47,193 nucleotides of DNA, from positions 1 through 47,193 of the forward strand of contig CAZMHE010000001.1 of NCBI GenBank assembly GCA_964566015.1. The letters run 5' to 3'. How positions within the stretch are numbered: position 1 is the first letter of the stretch; each line of letters opens with the position of its first letter. The position numbers were made by a program, and so were the translations under genes. This stretch comes from an uncultured Sangeribacter sp. GTDB taxonomy: Bacteria; Bacteroidota; Bacteroidia; Bacteroidales; Muribaculaceae. The notes beneath the pieces were generated by a model. The model searched no databases and was not told the origin of the DNA. It saw only the letters and a list, made by a program, of their open reading frames with translations. This document shows positions 8,633 to 17,485 of the stretch, piece after piece.

Positions 8633-10371
8633 CAGTTGCTTCCCTCTGACGGACGGATATCCTTTATCATAAGCTGCACGGAATCGAGACTGTTGGCATG
8701 CTTGGTCTGTTCGATGGTGTAGCAGATATCAATCGGCTTATGGGCATGGATATGCTCGAAATATGGAGCCATATTGAATGCAATGGCATTGATCACACGG
8801 CTCGTGCTGTTGTCTTCAAGCTCAAGCTTGATATGCTCGAGATTCTTGCCTACAAGTTTGCTCGTGCCGAAATCAAATACATTCCGCGTGCAGAAAACCG
8901 GGTTCTGGTTGCCGGGACCGAATGGGTTGAACTTCTTGAGGTATGACACAAGCTCCGGCGTAATATCAGCGAAATCAATGACAGCATCTATGTCAATCAT
9001 AGGGGTGAGCTGATTGGGCTGGATATGAGTGGCTACATATTCCTCAAAACGCTCCCTGAACTCGGGAATATTCTCCTCTTTCAACGAGAGACCGACAGCA
9101 TAGGTGTGGCCACCGAAATTCTCAAGAAGATCCCTTGTGGAATTTACGGCAGCGTAGATGTCGAAACCTTGTACGGAGCGCGAGGAACCGGTTGCCATAC
9201 CGTTTGAGTATGTCAGCACTACAGAGGGTTTGTAGTATAACTCGGTGAGCCTTGACGCCACGATTCCTATGATACCCTTATGCCAATCTTTATTATAGAC
9301 TACTATTGAGCGCTTGCCATGAATGATGGCGACATTCTTCTCAATGAGGGTGTTCGCCTCCTCGGTGATCTTCTTGTCAAGCTCCTTACGGTCCTTGTTA
9401 TACTGGTCGATGTCTTTACCTTTCTCATACGCATCGTGGAGATCACGGCATACGAGAAGATCCACGGCCTCTATTCCGCTCTGCATACGTCCGGAAGCAT
9501 TGATTCTGGGGCCGATCTTGAAGATGACATCACTGATTGTGATATCCTTGTTAGTCAGTTTGCAGAGTCGTATAATGCTTCTCAACCCGAGGTTGGGATT
9601 GGAGTTGAGCCGACGGAGGCCATGATAAGCCATGATGCGGTTCTCACCTGTGATCGGGACTATATCGGCGGCAATACTTACCGCCACCAAGTCAAGGAGG
9701 GAATCAAGTTCATTATGTCCTGAAAGACCGTTGCTTCTCGCGAAAGCCTGCATGAACTTGAAACCGACACCACAACCGGAAAGGTGAGTGCAAGGGTAAG
9801 TAGACCCCGGCATCTTCGGGTTAAGGATGGCCACTGCCGGTGGCAGAATTTCATCGGGCACATGGTGATCACAGATTATGAAATCGATCCCACGCTCCTT
9901 CGCATAGGCGATTTCGTCGATGGCCTTAATGCCGCAATCGAGAACAATCACGAGCTTGATATCGTTCTCCGCTGCATAATCTATGCTTTTCAGAGAGATG
10001 CCGTAACCCTCCTCATAGCGGGTAGGGATATAATACTCGATATTGCTGTAATAATTCTGAAGATATTTATATACGAGTGCCACAGCAGTTGTGCCGTCGA
10101 CATCGTAGTCACCGTAAATCATGATTCTCTCCTTGGCGCCCATGGCCTTGTTGAGCCTGTTGACAGCCTTGTCCATGTCGGGCATAAGGAACGGATCATG
10201 AAGCTCCGACAGGGAAGGGGAGAAAAATGATTGTGCCTCTTTGGCTGTGGTGACGCCACGACGTATCAACAGCTCGGCAACCGGAGATACACCTCCACAC
10301 GCAGGGAGGATTTCAGCCGCCTGAGTTTTCTGCTGAAGAGTGAGGGGTTGGTAGTTCCATTTAGCTATCAT
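8632..10371 (-). CDS. recJ: Single-stranded-DNA-specific exonuclease RecJ
   Basis: GDYDVDG, DCG, DHH, PRINASGR, FGGH, PFGPGN motifs. Confidence 0.97.
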   Translation of the reverse strand: MIAKWNYQPLTLQQKTQAAEILPACGGVSPVAELLIRRGVTTAKEAQSFFSPSLSELHDPFLMPDMDKAVNRLNKAMGAKERIMIYGDYDVDGTTAVALVYKYLQNYYSNIEYYIPTRYEEGYGISLKSIDYAAENDIKLVIVLDCGIKAIDEIAYAKERGIDFIICDHHVPDEILPPAVAILNPKMPGSTYPCTHLSGCGVGFKFMQAFARSNGLSGHNELDSLLDLVAVSIAADIVPITGENRIMAYHGLRRLNSNPNLGLRSIIRLCKLTNKDITISDVIFKIGPRINASGRMQSGIEAVDLLVCRDLHDAYEKGKDIDQYNKDRKELDKKITEEANTLIEKNVAIIHGKRSIVVYNKDWHKGIIGIVASRLTELYYKPSVVLTYSNGMATGSSRSVQGFDIYAAVNSTRDLLENFGGHTYAVGLSLKEENIPEFRERFEEYVATHIQPNQLTPMIDIDAVIDFADITPELVSYLKKFNPFGPGNQNPVFCTRNVFDFGTSKLVGKNLEHIKLELEDNSTSRVINAIAFNMAPYFEHIHAHKPIDICYTIEQTKHANSLDSVQLMIKDIRPSEGSN

Positions 10372-10491
10372 CTCTGATATTGTTCTTGGAATAGGAAGTT
10401 CTTATACAGAATGTTGATTATAAAGGTTAACGCTATGTGCGTCGCCACGAGGAATGATGTTGGTGAAGAGTCTTGGATCGCTCTTCGTTTG

Positions 10492-10523
10492 CAAAAATAC
10501 AAAGAAAAAACCTCATATGCAAA
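10492..10523 (-). promoter_or_regulatory. Sigma-A promoter of recJ-recQ-mltF
   Basis: TTTG (10523-10520), 20-nt spacer, TATTTTTG (10499-10492). Confidence 0.65.
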
Positions 10524-10565
10524 TAATAAGTGTTAAGGCAGGTTGGGGATTATCTCTTTTTTAAG

Positions 10566-10573
10566 TAATTTTG
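10566..10573 (+). promoter_or_regulatory. -7 promoter element of the hydrolase-murF operon
   Basis: TAATTTTG about 70 nt upstream of ATG 10641. Confidence 0.5.
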
Positions 10574-10640
10574 CATTGCCATTGAGGGGAGGGGTGTCAC
10601 TTTCCCAGATTTTTATGGCCAAGCAACAGATTGAATTAAA

Positions 10641-11420
10641 ATGGAAAAGGATATCGTTATCGACGGGATGCGACTCCATTACGAGGAGACAGGTCCGGAG
10701 GGGACGCCGCCCGTCGTGCTCATGCACGGATGGGGTTGCGACCACACTACTGTGAGAAGCATTGCCGCCTCGCTCGAAAGCGGCATGAGGGTTTTCAACG
10801 TCGATCTCCCCGGCCACGGACAGAGTGATGAGCCACCCGGTCCTTGGGGTGTTGAAGACTTCACCCGTCTGATAGAGGAATTTTGCAAACGCCTCGGGAT
10901 TGCTTCACCATCCCTGATAGGCCATTCTTTCGGAGGAAGGATTTCGATACTCATGGCTTCACGCAATGACGTCTCCAAAGTAATGCTCGTCGACGCCGCC
11001 GGTATCAAGCCTCGCCGCTCTCTCCGATATTATGTAAAAGTATACTCATTCAAGGCCTTCAAGAAGATTGCTCCCGTTATATTCGGAAAGGAGAAGGGGG
11101 AGAGGTTGATTGAACGCTGGCGTGGCAAGGGTGGTTCGAGCGACTACAGGAATTCCTCACCGATGATGAGGATGGTGATGTCTAAATGTGTCAATGAGGA
11201 TCTGAAGAGTGTCATGCCGGAAATAAAGGCTCCGACCTTGCTTGTCTGGGGAGAAAACGATACGGCCACTCCACTCTCTGATGCACGCACGATGGAAAAG
11301 CTTATCTCTGACGCAGGTCTTGTCTCTTTCCCCGGTTGCGGGCATTACAGCTTCCTCGACAATCGCCCCGGCTTCGTTGCCGTGGCCCGCGAATTTTTTA
11401 AAAACGAACTCAAATCATAA
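10641..11420 (+). CDS. Alpha/beta fold hydrolase
   Basis: HGWG oxyanion loop, GHSFG nucleophile elbow, WGEND acid, GH catalytic His. Confidence 0.9.
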   Translation: MEKDIVIDGMRLHYEETGPEGTPPVVLMHGWGCDHTTVRSIAASLESGMRVFNVDLPGHGQSDEPPGPWGVEDFTRLIEEFCKRLGIASPSLIGHSFGGRISILMASRNDVSKVMLVDAAGIKPRRSLRYYVKVYSFKAFKKIAPVIFGKEKGERLIERWRGKGGSSDYRNSSPMMRMVMSKCVNEDLKSVMPEIKAPTLLVWGENDTATPLSDARTMEKLISDAGLVSFPGCGHYSFLDNRPGFVAVAREFFKNELKS

Positions 11421-11438
11421 ACAGTCTGACTAACGGCT

Positions 11439-13040
11439 ATGGGAATTGCATTCATAATTTTTCTCGCCCTCATCTGTGTGGTCTACATGCTTCTCAATTT
11501 CAAGCATGACATACAGATGCTCCAGCAGAACAGCTACCGTATAAAACGCTATTGGAAGTATCTTAAGAATGAAACCAACGATTGGTCTCGCCTAATCGAC
11601 GTTGCACTATACTTTTTCATGGCGTCTTCTCTTGCAAATTTCGTTCAGGCTCTCGCTGTAATGGGGTTCGTTTTTATTTTCAAGATATGGTATATCCTGA
11701 AAAAGAAATATAAGAAGCCCCTTGTCTTCACACCGAGAGTCCGGAGGATATATGTTGCAGCCGGAACGATTTCAGCCATTATCCTTATTGCGACATGGCT
11801 GCTTCTCGGTCTTCACGACATCTCCGCATGGCGCGAAAATGGGAAAGGTATTCTCGCGGTATTCCTGCTCATAACTATTTTCTCATGGGCAATAGTCATG
11901 CTTTCAGTCCTTGTGCTCACACCGGTTGAGAAGATCATCAACAGGAAATATTGGAATGAGGCCGATGGGATTCTGCGCAGTATGCCTGACCTGACCGTTA
12001 TCGGCATCACAGGCTCATACGGCAAGACAAGCACCAAGCATTACCTCCACAGGATTCTTTCTGAAGAATTTGAAGTGCTCATGACACCCGGGTCATACAA
12101 TACTCCGATGGGAGTCATACGCACTGTAAGGGAGATGATGAAACCTTACGACTCCATCTTCATTTGTGAAATGGGGGCGAAGCAGAAGGGAGATATAAAA
12201 GAGATTTGTGATCTCGTGCATCCCAAGATCGGCATCATCACTGCTGTAGGCCCTATGCATCTTGAGTCTTTCAAGACCATGGAGAATGTGCAGGCTACAA
12301 AATTCGAACTTATAGATGCTCTCCCTGCTGACGGTTTCGCAGTAATCAATAATGATTTCGAATATTGTGCGAATCGGGTTGTAAGCAATGTAGAGTCACG
12401 TCGCTATGCTATCGAAGGTGGCAACCAGGACGCCGACTTCTATGCATGCGACATAAAGTATACCCCTGAAGGCACTACCTTCACGGTCAAAGGGCCCGAC
12501 GGCCTCGCCCTTCCATTATATACCCGCCTCGTGGGAGCCTGCAACATATCCAATCTGCTCGGGGCTGTAATAGTTGCCCTTAAACTTGGAATGTCAAAGG
12601 ATAAGATAGCTTATGCTGTCGGACAGATTGAGCAGGTTGAACACCGTCTCAGCATCAAACGCACACCGGGAGGAGTCACCATAATCGACGATGCCTTCAA
12701 CTCAAACCCCAGCGGCTCAAAGATGGCTCTTGAAGTCCTCTCCGGTTTCAGCGGAGGAAAACGAATCGTGGTCACTCCGGGTATGATTGAACTTGGAGAC
12801 AAGCAACAGGAACTCAACAAGGCCTTCGGCGAGGAGATTTCCCGTTGCGCCGATGTGGCGATAATTGTAGGTCAATACAACCGCATGGCGATTGAGTCAG
12901 GAATCCGCAAGGGAAACTTCCCTATGGAAAATCTGCATCTCGTCGATTCTTTCAAGGAGGCACAGGAGCTTCTCGCAACAATGCTCAAAAAGGGAGATAC
13001 AGTCCTCTATGAGAATGATCTTCCGGATACATTCAAATAA
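11439..13040 (+). CDS. murF: MurF-like Mur ligase with an N-terminal multi-pass membrane region
   Basis: GITGSYGKTSTK P-loop, SYNTPMG, CEMGA, IIDDAFNSNP, PGMIELG; about 170-aa hydrophobic N-terminal extension. Confidence 0.75.
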   Translation: MGIAFIIFLALICVVYMLLNFKHDIQMLQQNSYRIKRYWKYLKNETNDWSRLIDVALYFFMASSLANFVQALAVMGFVFIFKIWYILKKKYKKPLVFTPRVRRIYVAAGTISAIILIATWLLLGLHDISAWRENGKGILAVFLLITIFSWAIVMLSVLVLTPVEKIINRKYWNEADGILRSMPDLTVIGITGSYGKTSTKHYLHRILSEEFEVLMTPGSYNTPMGVIRTVREMMKPYDSIFICEMGAKQKGDIKEICDLVHPKIGIITAVGPMHLESFKTMENVQATKFELIDALPADGFAVINNDFEYCANRVVSNVESRRYAIEGGNQDADFYACDIKYTPEGTTFTVKGPDGLALPLYTRLVGACNISNLLGAVIVALKLGMSKDKIAYAVGQIEQVEHRLSIKRTPGGVTIIDDAFNSNPSGSKMALEVLSGFSGGKRIVVTPGMIELGDKQQELNKAFGEEISRCADVAIIVGQYNRMAIESGIRKGNFPMENLHLVDSFKEAQELLATMLKKGDTVLYENDLPDTFK

Positions 13041-13050
13041 TCACCAACAC

Positions 13051-13109
13051 TATAAAAACAATCTGCGCCCGGTCTTTTATTGGAAGATCGGGCGCAGATT
13101 GTTTTTATA
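13051..13109. terminator. Bidirectional intrinsic terminator
   Basis: TATAAAAACAATCTGCGCCCG...CGGGCGCAGATTGTTTTTATA inverted repeat between convergent genes. Confidence 0.85.
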
Positions 13110-13142
13110 CTCAGGATTCGGGGTAATCTCAGGATTCGGGGT
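13110..13142. repeat. 15-bp direct repeat CTCAGGATTCGGGGT x2 (18-bp period)
   Basis: Copies at 13110-13124 and 13128-13142; the second contains the stop codon of the 1362-aa gene. Confidence 0.85.
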
Positions 13143-16100
13143 TGAAGCGGGTTGGGCGGAGTAGTTCATCGATTCGCTGCTGCTCCGTCATGGTACCGTC
13201 GCCTAAGGGTACTGCCACACCGAAATAGCGTCTCTCCCTGTTTATGGCGTCACGATCAAAGAACGGTAGTTTATCTGCCGTCACAATCTCTTGCGCAAGA
13301 ACCTTGTGATTGACATCGCACAGAGTGTCACCGATCTCCATCATCGAGGTGTGGAGCGGCAGCGAAGAGATGGAATCAAGACGATAGAAGATGGCCCCAT
13401 ATGACGTCTTCACTACTGAAAGAAGATAGTCGTTCTCCCCGGCGATATTCACGAAGCGGAGCGGACTCATGCCATAATGCGGTTTCATCTCATTCTGCGT
13501 GAATACAGACAGGGTGGAAAGGGGTAGACGTGTCACCTTTCCACAGGCATAAGTCAGCACAAGGTATCCTTTCTCCCTCTCTTTGACTGCCAAAGCAAGG
13601 AGACAATCCGGCTCATAGTCCAGATAAGCGTCATCCGATGTCAGACGGATTCTCTTGTCCGCCATGAAATAGGCGTAGAATGAAGGTGTCGAGAAATTTG
13701 ATTCGTAGCTGTGAAGCACATTCGGACGATACTGTCCGGTAAGAATCTTGTCGTTACTATCTTTTTCCTCTTCGATAATCTCTTCTGCCGGTGCAGGTTC
13801 ATCCTTAACAGCTGTAGCTGCAGGAGCAGCCGGATTGGTGCGGGGAATCTCCGGAGTAGTAGTAACTGCCGTAGCCTCATTGTTCTTTGCCTCCTCGAGA
13901 TTCCACAAGCGGAGAAGGAGATTATAATTGTGGGAACGCGTTCGTATAAATTCCTCCCTGTCTTTGTCAAGACGGGGCTTGGTGGTGGAACTTGATCGGA
14001 CATAAATGATGCCGTCGAGTTCAACCGGTTGTTCCACAGGAAGCACCTTCACACAGATGACTCCCTTCTTGGAATCCGGATCGGACATTATCTCCCAATG
14101 ATCCTTGGCGTGCGCAGGCATGACATAGTCAAGATAATTCTGGAGGTCGACCATCATGCCGTCGAGTGTGGCCTTGAGGCCATGTGAAAGACGGTATTTA
14201 AAGTCATCGTCAAGACCATTCTCGTAGCCGGAATCATTCACACCGATGTAGAGTGTACCTCCGCGTGAGTTCATGAAGCCGGTAATGATATGGGCAATCT
14301 CATGAAGCTGATCCTTGGGATTTGGCCGGCTGCCACCACGCGTTGAGAAGACCATACTGCTCTTGAACTCTACAGTCTGCGACTCATCGCCGTAATATTT
14401 GGATTGAGCGATCGTGTTGTTGACATTGAGAAGCGTGGTGATCTCCTTCATGATCTCCTTTTTGGAGCGTTCGAGCTCCGGAGGAAGCATATTGTAGGAG
14501 AGGACCAATGATGAAAGACGCCCCTCTGTCTCATTTCTCGGATTATGGGCGAGCTCCCATAGCCATTCCTGTTGTTCGTTGACATCAAGGTCTGCCACAA
14601 TCTTAAGACGGGTGTGGATTCTTTCAAGAACCGGTGTCTTTCTGATCTTCTCCCCGCATTGTTCAAGCCATTCATGGTCGATACGCTGGTTGCGCCCGAA
14701 GTCCTGAAGAAGACAAAGCAACTCCATGTGTGAGGAAATCTCTTCAATCAGCTCTTTTTCTTCAGCTATGCGGCACAGTATGGAGGCGAGACCCAGATAA
14801 TTGAACGCCTTGATATATTCAGTCTCCGAATCAGCCCTGCGCTGAAGCATATAGATGAGTTCGAGAAATTCTTCGCGAGTCATCACATCCTCGTTTCCCA
14901 CAACCTCAAAATCCTCATCGTAATCGTCAAGAACCTCACCGAAACCCTGCATGAGATTCGTGAGACAATCCGATTTTCGGAGATACCTCGGGAGGTCGTC
15001 CTGATTTTCGGAAATCTCGGCAAAGAAGAACTGAATTATCGATGTGGAATGTTCCGGCTCAATATATTTCACCCTTACAAGGCGACCCTCGGAGATGTCG
15101 GCTGTTGACTCATCGCATGGCACCTTGAAAGTGCAACCATTCTCCGAAAGACAGAGCCAGGCATTGTTCAGGCGATCAAAATGTGTCACGATTGTCACAA
15201 ATTCATCACCCGGAGTCATCGTGTCATGAAGATAGTCGTTGATCTGATCTTTCAGAGAGAACACGTATTCCCCGTTCTGAATCCTTACGGTAGCCGGGAA
15301 ACGCAGCGGGCTTCCGGAAGAGGTCTGGGCAAAGCTGATGCTGCCGTCATAGTTGGAGGGTATATCCTTTTGTGTGAGCCATCCGAGAAGATGAAGGGCA
15401 TCGGATGGGAGCCATCCTTCCCCTTCATATATATCATCTACTATCTTGCAATGAAACTGGAGGCGCTGACGCTCGTTTCCTGTTGTGAGAATCTTTACAT
15501 CATTGATGATTATGCCGACTTCGTCGCCATCCTCAGGGGAAATCTTTGATTTTACATCCTTCTCCCTGCGTTCCTTGTCATCCTCATTTCCGAAAAGACC
15601 GCGGCGGATATCATTCCAAAGGTCACGATATAGGGAAATATCGTTTGTTTTACGGAAACTTCTCACCGTTACGTCCCGATCCAGAGAGACGGAAGGGTTG
15701 AGCCAGTCAAACATATTGTTGGGGAGCACCGTGGAATCAGGGTCGGCGTGGCGTGCGAGAATCTGAAGGGAGTTTTCCCTAAGCCTGACAATAGCCTTAT
15801 AGCCATCGAATGTTTTTACTACCGAACTTCTCTCGCTGTCAACAGGAGCCGGATGAGCGGCTTTCATCATCAGGAGGGTAGGGTGCTCGGTGTCTTTCCA
15901 TGAGAATTCGTTGGCATGGTCGATTCCGAGCAATGCGTCAATCCCTTTATTGAGGAGAGTATCGATGTCGCTGTTGTAAAGGTAGGATATGTAGCGATAT
16001 AGCATCGCACTGTTTATACCGAGATTCTCCCACTCCTTATCTTTGGCAAGAATCCTCTGCACGGCTATGGCCGTAATCATCTGTACTATTATGCGGTTGT

Positions 16101-17217
16101 CGTCGCTGGAGTCATGTACAGGAAGAAGATTTACCTGACGGCAATTCTCTTCAATAAAGATCTGGAGCTGTTGAACAAGGGCACGGCGGAAGGGCTCGAT
16201 TTTCCAGTTTGAGAGCTCCCAGTTGTGAAGAGCGTCAAAGAGTTCCCTCATACGCGTATTGATCAATTCCGGCCGGAGCTTGATAATGGTCATCATTATC
16301 AGGAACTGACGCTTAGGATCATAGAGATAACCCGAATCTTTCAGGCGTGTGAAGATACCGTCTATGAAGTCAGAGTAGGTTTTGTCGAGTATCTTGGAGG
16401 CTGCAAGTTCGTATTGCGAGAATCGGCTCACACATGCCGAAATCTGATTCTGAAGCGAGGTGCGTTGTTCAAGACTGCAATTCCTGAGGTAATCGGAGCC
16501 CTCGAGAATATAGAGGCCAAGTCGTTCGGCAAGTTTCATCCGGCGGACCGTGCGGGCAAGTTGCCTGAGATCGTCGCGACAGTCGATCAGCCAGTCGGTG
16601 ATGTGTCGGTCAACGGTTTTGATAATTTCTATAATCCAATATGGGTCTCGGTTCTCATATTTTTTCAGGACGCTGTCAAATTCCGGTAAAGATTCAATTA
16701 GGTTGAGATAAGGTTCATGGAAACGGGGGAGACCGAGGTTTTCAAGCCAATATGAAACTTCATGGAAATCAAGCGGCAACTGCGTAGTTATCGTGCCGGC
16801 ATATTTAAGGACAACGTTGACTCCTCTTATCCGCAAGACACTGCATCTGATTCTGCTGCCTTTGGCGAGAGTATCGGGAGCGTGAGAAAGCTTAAAGCAC
16901 AATCCGTTTTCGTCTTCAAGTTCATAGACAACTTCAGAATCAAACCGTTTTGATTTAATGAGAAAATCATATTCCTGATTCTCAGCATAAAACTCACGGA
17001 TAAAAACCGAAATATCTTGTCCGAGGATAAGAGGCACAAGCGACTTCACATAACAATCAATAAAATCGGGATCCGGAAGACTCTGCTGGAACTTAAATTT
17101 CCTGAGAGAAAATTCGTGACCGTCATCCATGACAACTTTATAGAAGTTGCTGTTAGACCGATCCTTAACAACGGGCAATCTGTAAGCCCGTCCCTGAATC
17201 AATTCTGATGAAAGCAT
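13129..17217 (-). CDS. Large multidomain protein with a Schlafen/AlbA_2 domain
   Basis: ESQTVEFKSS...GFMNSRGGTLYIGVND...IYVRSSSTT at aa ~945-1085; N-terminal beta-rich OB/S1-like repeats; C-terminal repeats resembling the GyrA CTD. Confidence 0.8.
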   Translation of the reverse strand: MLSSELIQGRAYRLPVVKDRSNSNFYKVVMDDGHEFSLRKFKFQQSLPDPDFIDCYVKSLVPLILGQDISVFIREFYAENQEYDFLIKSKRFDSEVVYELEDENGLCFKLSHAPDTLAKGSRIRCSVLRIRGVNVVLKYAGTITTQLPLDFHEVSYWLENLGLPRFHEPYLNLIESLPEFDSVLKKYENRDPYWIIEIIKTVDRHITDWLIDCRDDLRQLARTVRRMKLAERLGLYILEGSDYLRNCSLEQRTSLQNQISACVSRFSQYELAASKILDKTYSDFIDGIFTRLKDSGYLYDPKRQFLIMMTIIKLRPELINTRMRELFDALHNWELSNWKIEPFRRALVQQLQIFIEENCRQVNLLPVHDSSDDNRIIVQMITAIAVQRILAKDKEWENLGINSAMLYRYISYLYNSDIDTLLNKGIDALLGIDHANEFSWKDTEHPTLLMMKAAHPAPVDSERSSVVKTFDGYKAIVRLRENSLQILARHADPDSTVLPNNMFDWLNPSVSLDRDVTVRSFRKTNDISLYRDLWNDIRRGLFGNEDDKERREKDVKSKISPEDGDEVGIIINDVKILTTGNERQRLQFHCKIVDDIYEGEGWLPSDALHLLGWLTQKDIPSNYDGSISFAQTSSGSPLRFPATVRIQNGEYVFSLKDQINDYLHDTMTPGDEFVTIVTHFDRLNNAWLCLSENGCTFKVPCDESTADISEGRLVRVKYIEPEHSTSIIQFFFAEISENQDDLPRYLRKSDCLTNLMQGFGEVLDDYDEDFEVVGNEDVMTREEFLELIYMLQRRADSETEYIKAFNYLGLASILCRIAEEKELIEEISSHMELLCLLQDFGRNQRIDHEWLEQCGEKIRKTPVLERIHTRLKIVADLDVNEQQEWLWELAHNPRNETEGRLSSLVLSYNMLPPELERSKKEIMKEITTLLNVNNTIAQSKYYGDESQTVEFKSSMVFSTRGGSRPNPKDQLHEIAHIITGFMNSRGGTLYIGVNDSGYENGLDDDFKYRLSHGLKATLDGMMVDLQNYLDYVMPAHAKDHWEIMSDPDSKKGVICVKVLPVEQPVELDGIIYVRSSSTTKPRLDKDREEFIRTRSHNYNLLLRLWNLEEAKNNEATAVTTTPEIPRTNPAAPAATAVKDEPAPAEEIIEEEKDSNDKILTGQYRPNVLHSYESNFSTPSFYAYFMADKRIRLTSDDAYLDYEPDCLLALAVKEREKGYLVLTYACGKVTRLPLSTLSVFTQNEMKPHYGMSPLRFVNIAGENDYLLSVVKTSYGAIFYRLDSISSLPLHTSMMEIGDTLCDVNHKVLAQEIVTADKLPFFDRDAINRERRYFGVAVPLGDGTMTEQQRIDELLRPTRFNPES

Positions 17218-17275
17218 GATGTTGATAATAAAAAGTTAAAAATACCCATGAGGGTATGATAAGTGGATTCAAATG

Positions 17276-17283
17276 CAAAATTA
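17276..17283 (-). promoter_or_regulatory. -7 promoter element (TAATTTTG) of the Schlafen-domain gene
   Basis: TAnnTTTG about 60 nt upstream of the ATG; no clear -33 element. Confidence 0.45.
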
Positions 17284-17377
17284 CTAAAAAAGAGGGTAGT
17301 TCACCATTTTTTATTCAAATTAATTTAGCTGCTTTCATATAAATTCGATATACAAATAATTCACCTTGAAAGACTCT

Positions 17378-17405
17378 ATTTAACATAATATAGATTATGG
17401 GCAAT
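17378..17405 (-). other. dif: dif site (XerC/XerD chromosome dimer resolution site)
   Basis: Minus strand ATTGCCCATAA-TCTATA-TTATGTTAAAT: 11-6-11 layout, XerD arm identical to E. coli dif (GGTGCGCATAA-TGTATA-TTATGTTAAAT), intergenic. Confidence 0.88.
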
Positions 17406-17409
17406 TTAA

Positions 17410-17460
17410 GCATATCTTTCGATATGCAAAATTAAGGGATCCGGTCTGCCCGAATCCCTT
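17410..17460 (-). terminator. Hairpins downstream of uvrA (probable terminator)
   Basis: Minus strand AAGGGATTCGG-gcaga-CCGGATCCCTT then AATTTT, followed by GCATATC-gaaa-GATATGC. Confidence 0.55.
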
Positions 17461-17485
17461 ATTCTGATACAATTCCTTGCTGAGT

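Noticed and set aside
13041-17405. Schlafen gene as a dif-flanked cassette or Xer-integrated element
   Set aside because: No second dif-like site at the murF-side boundary and no replication or mobility genes, so only adjacency to dif is supported
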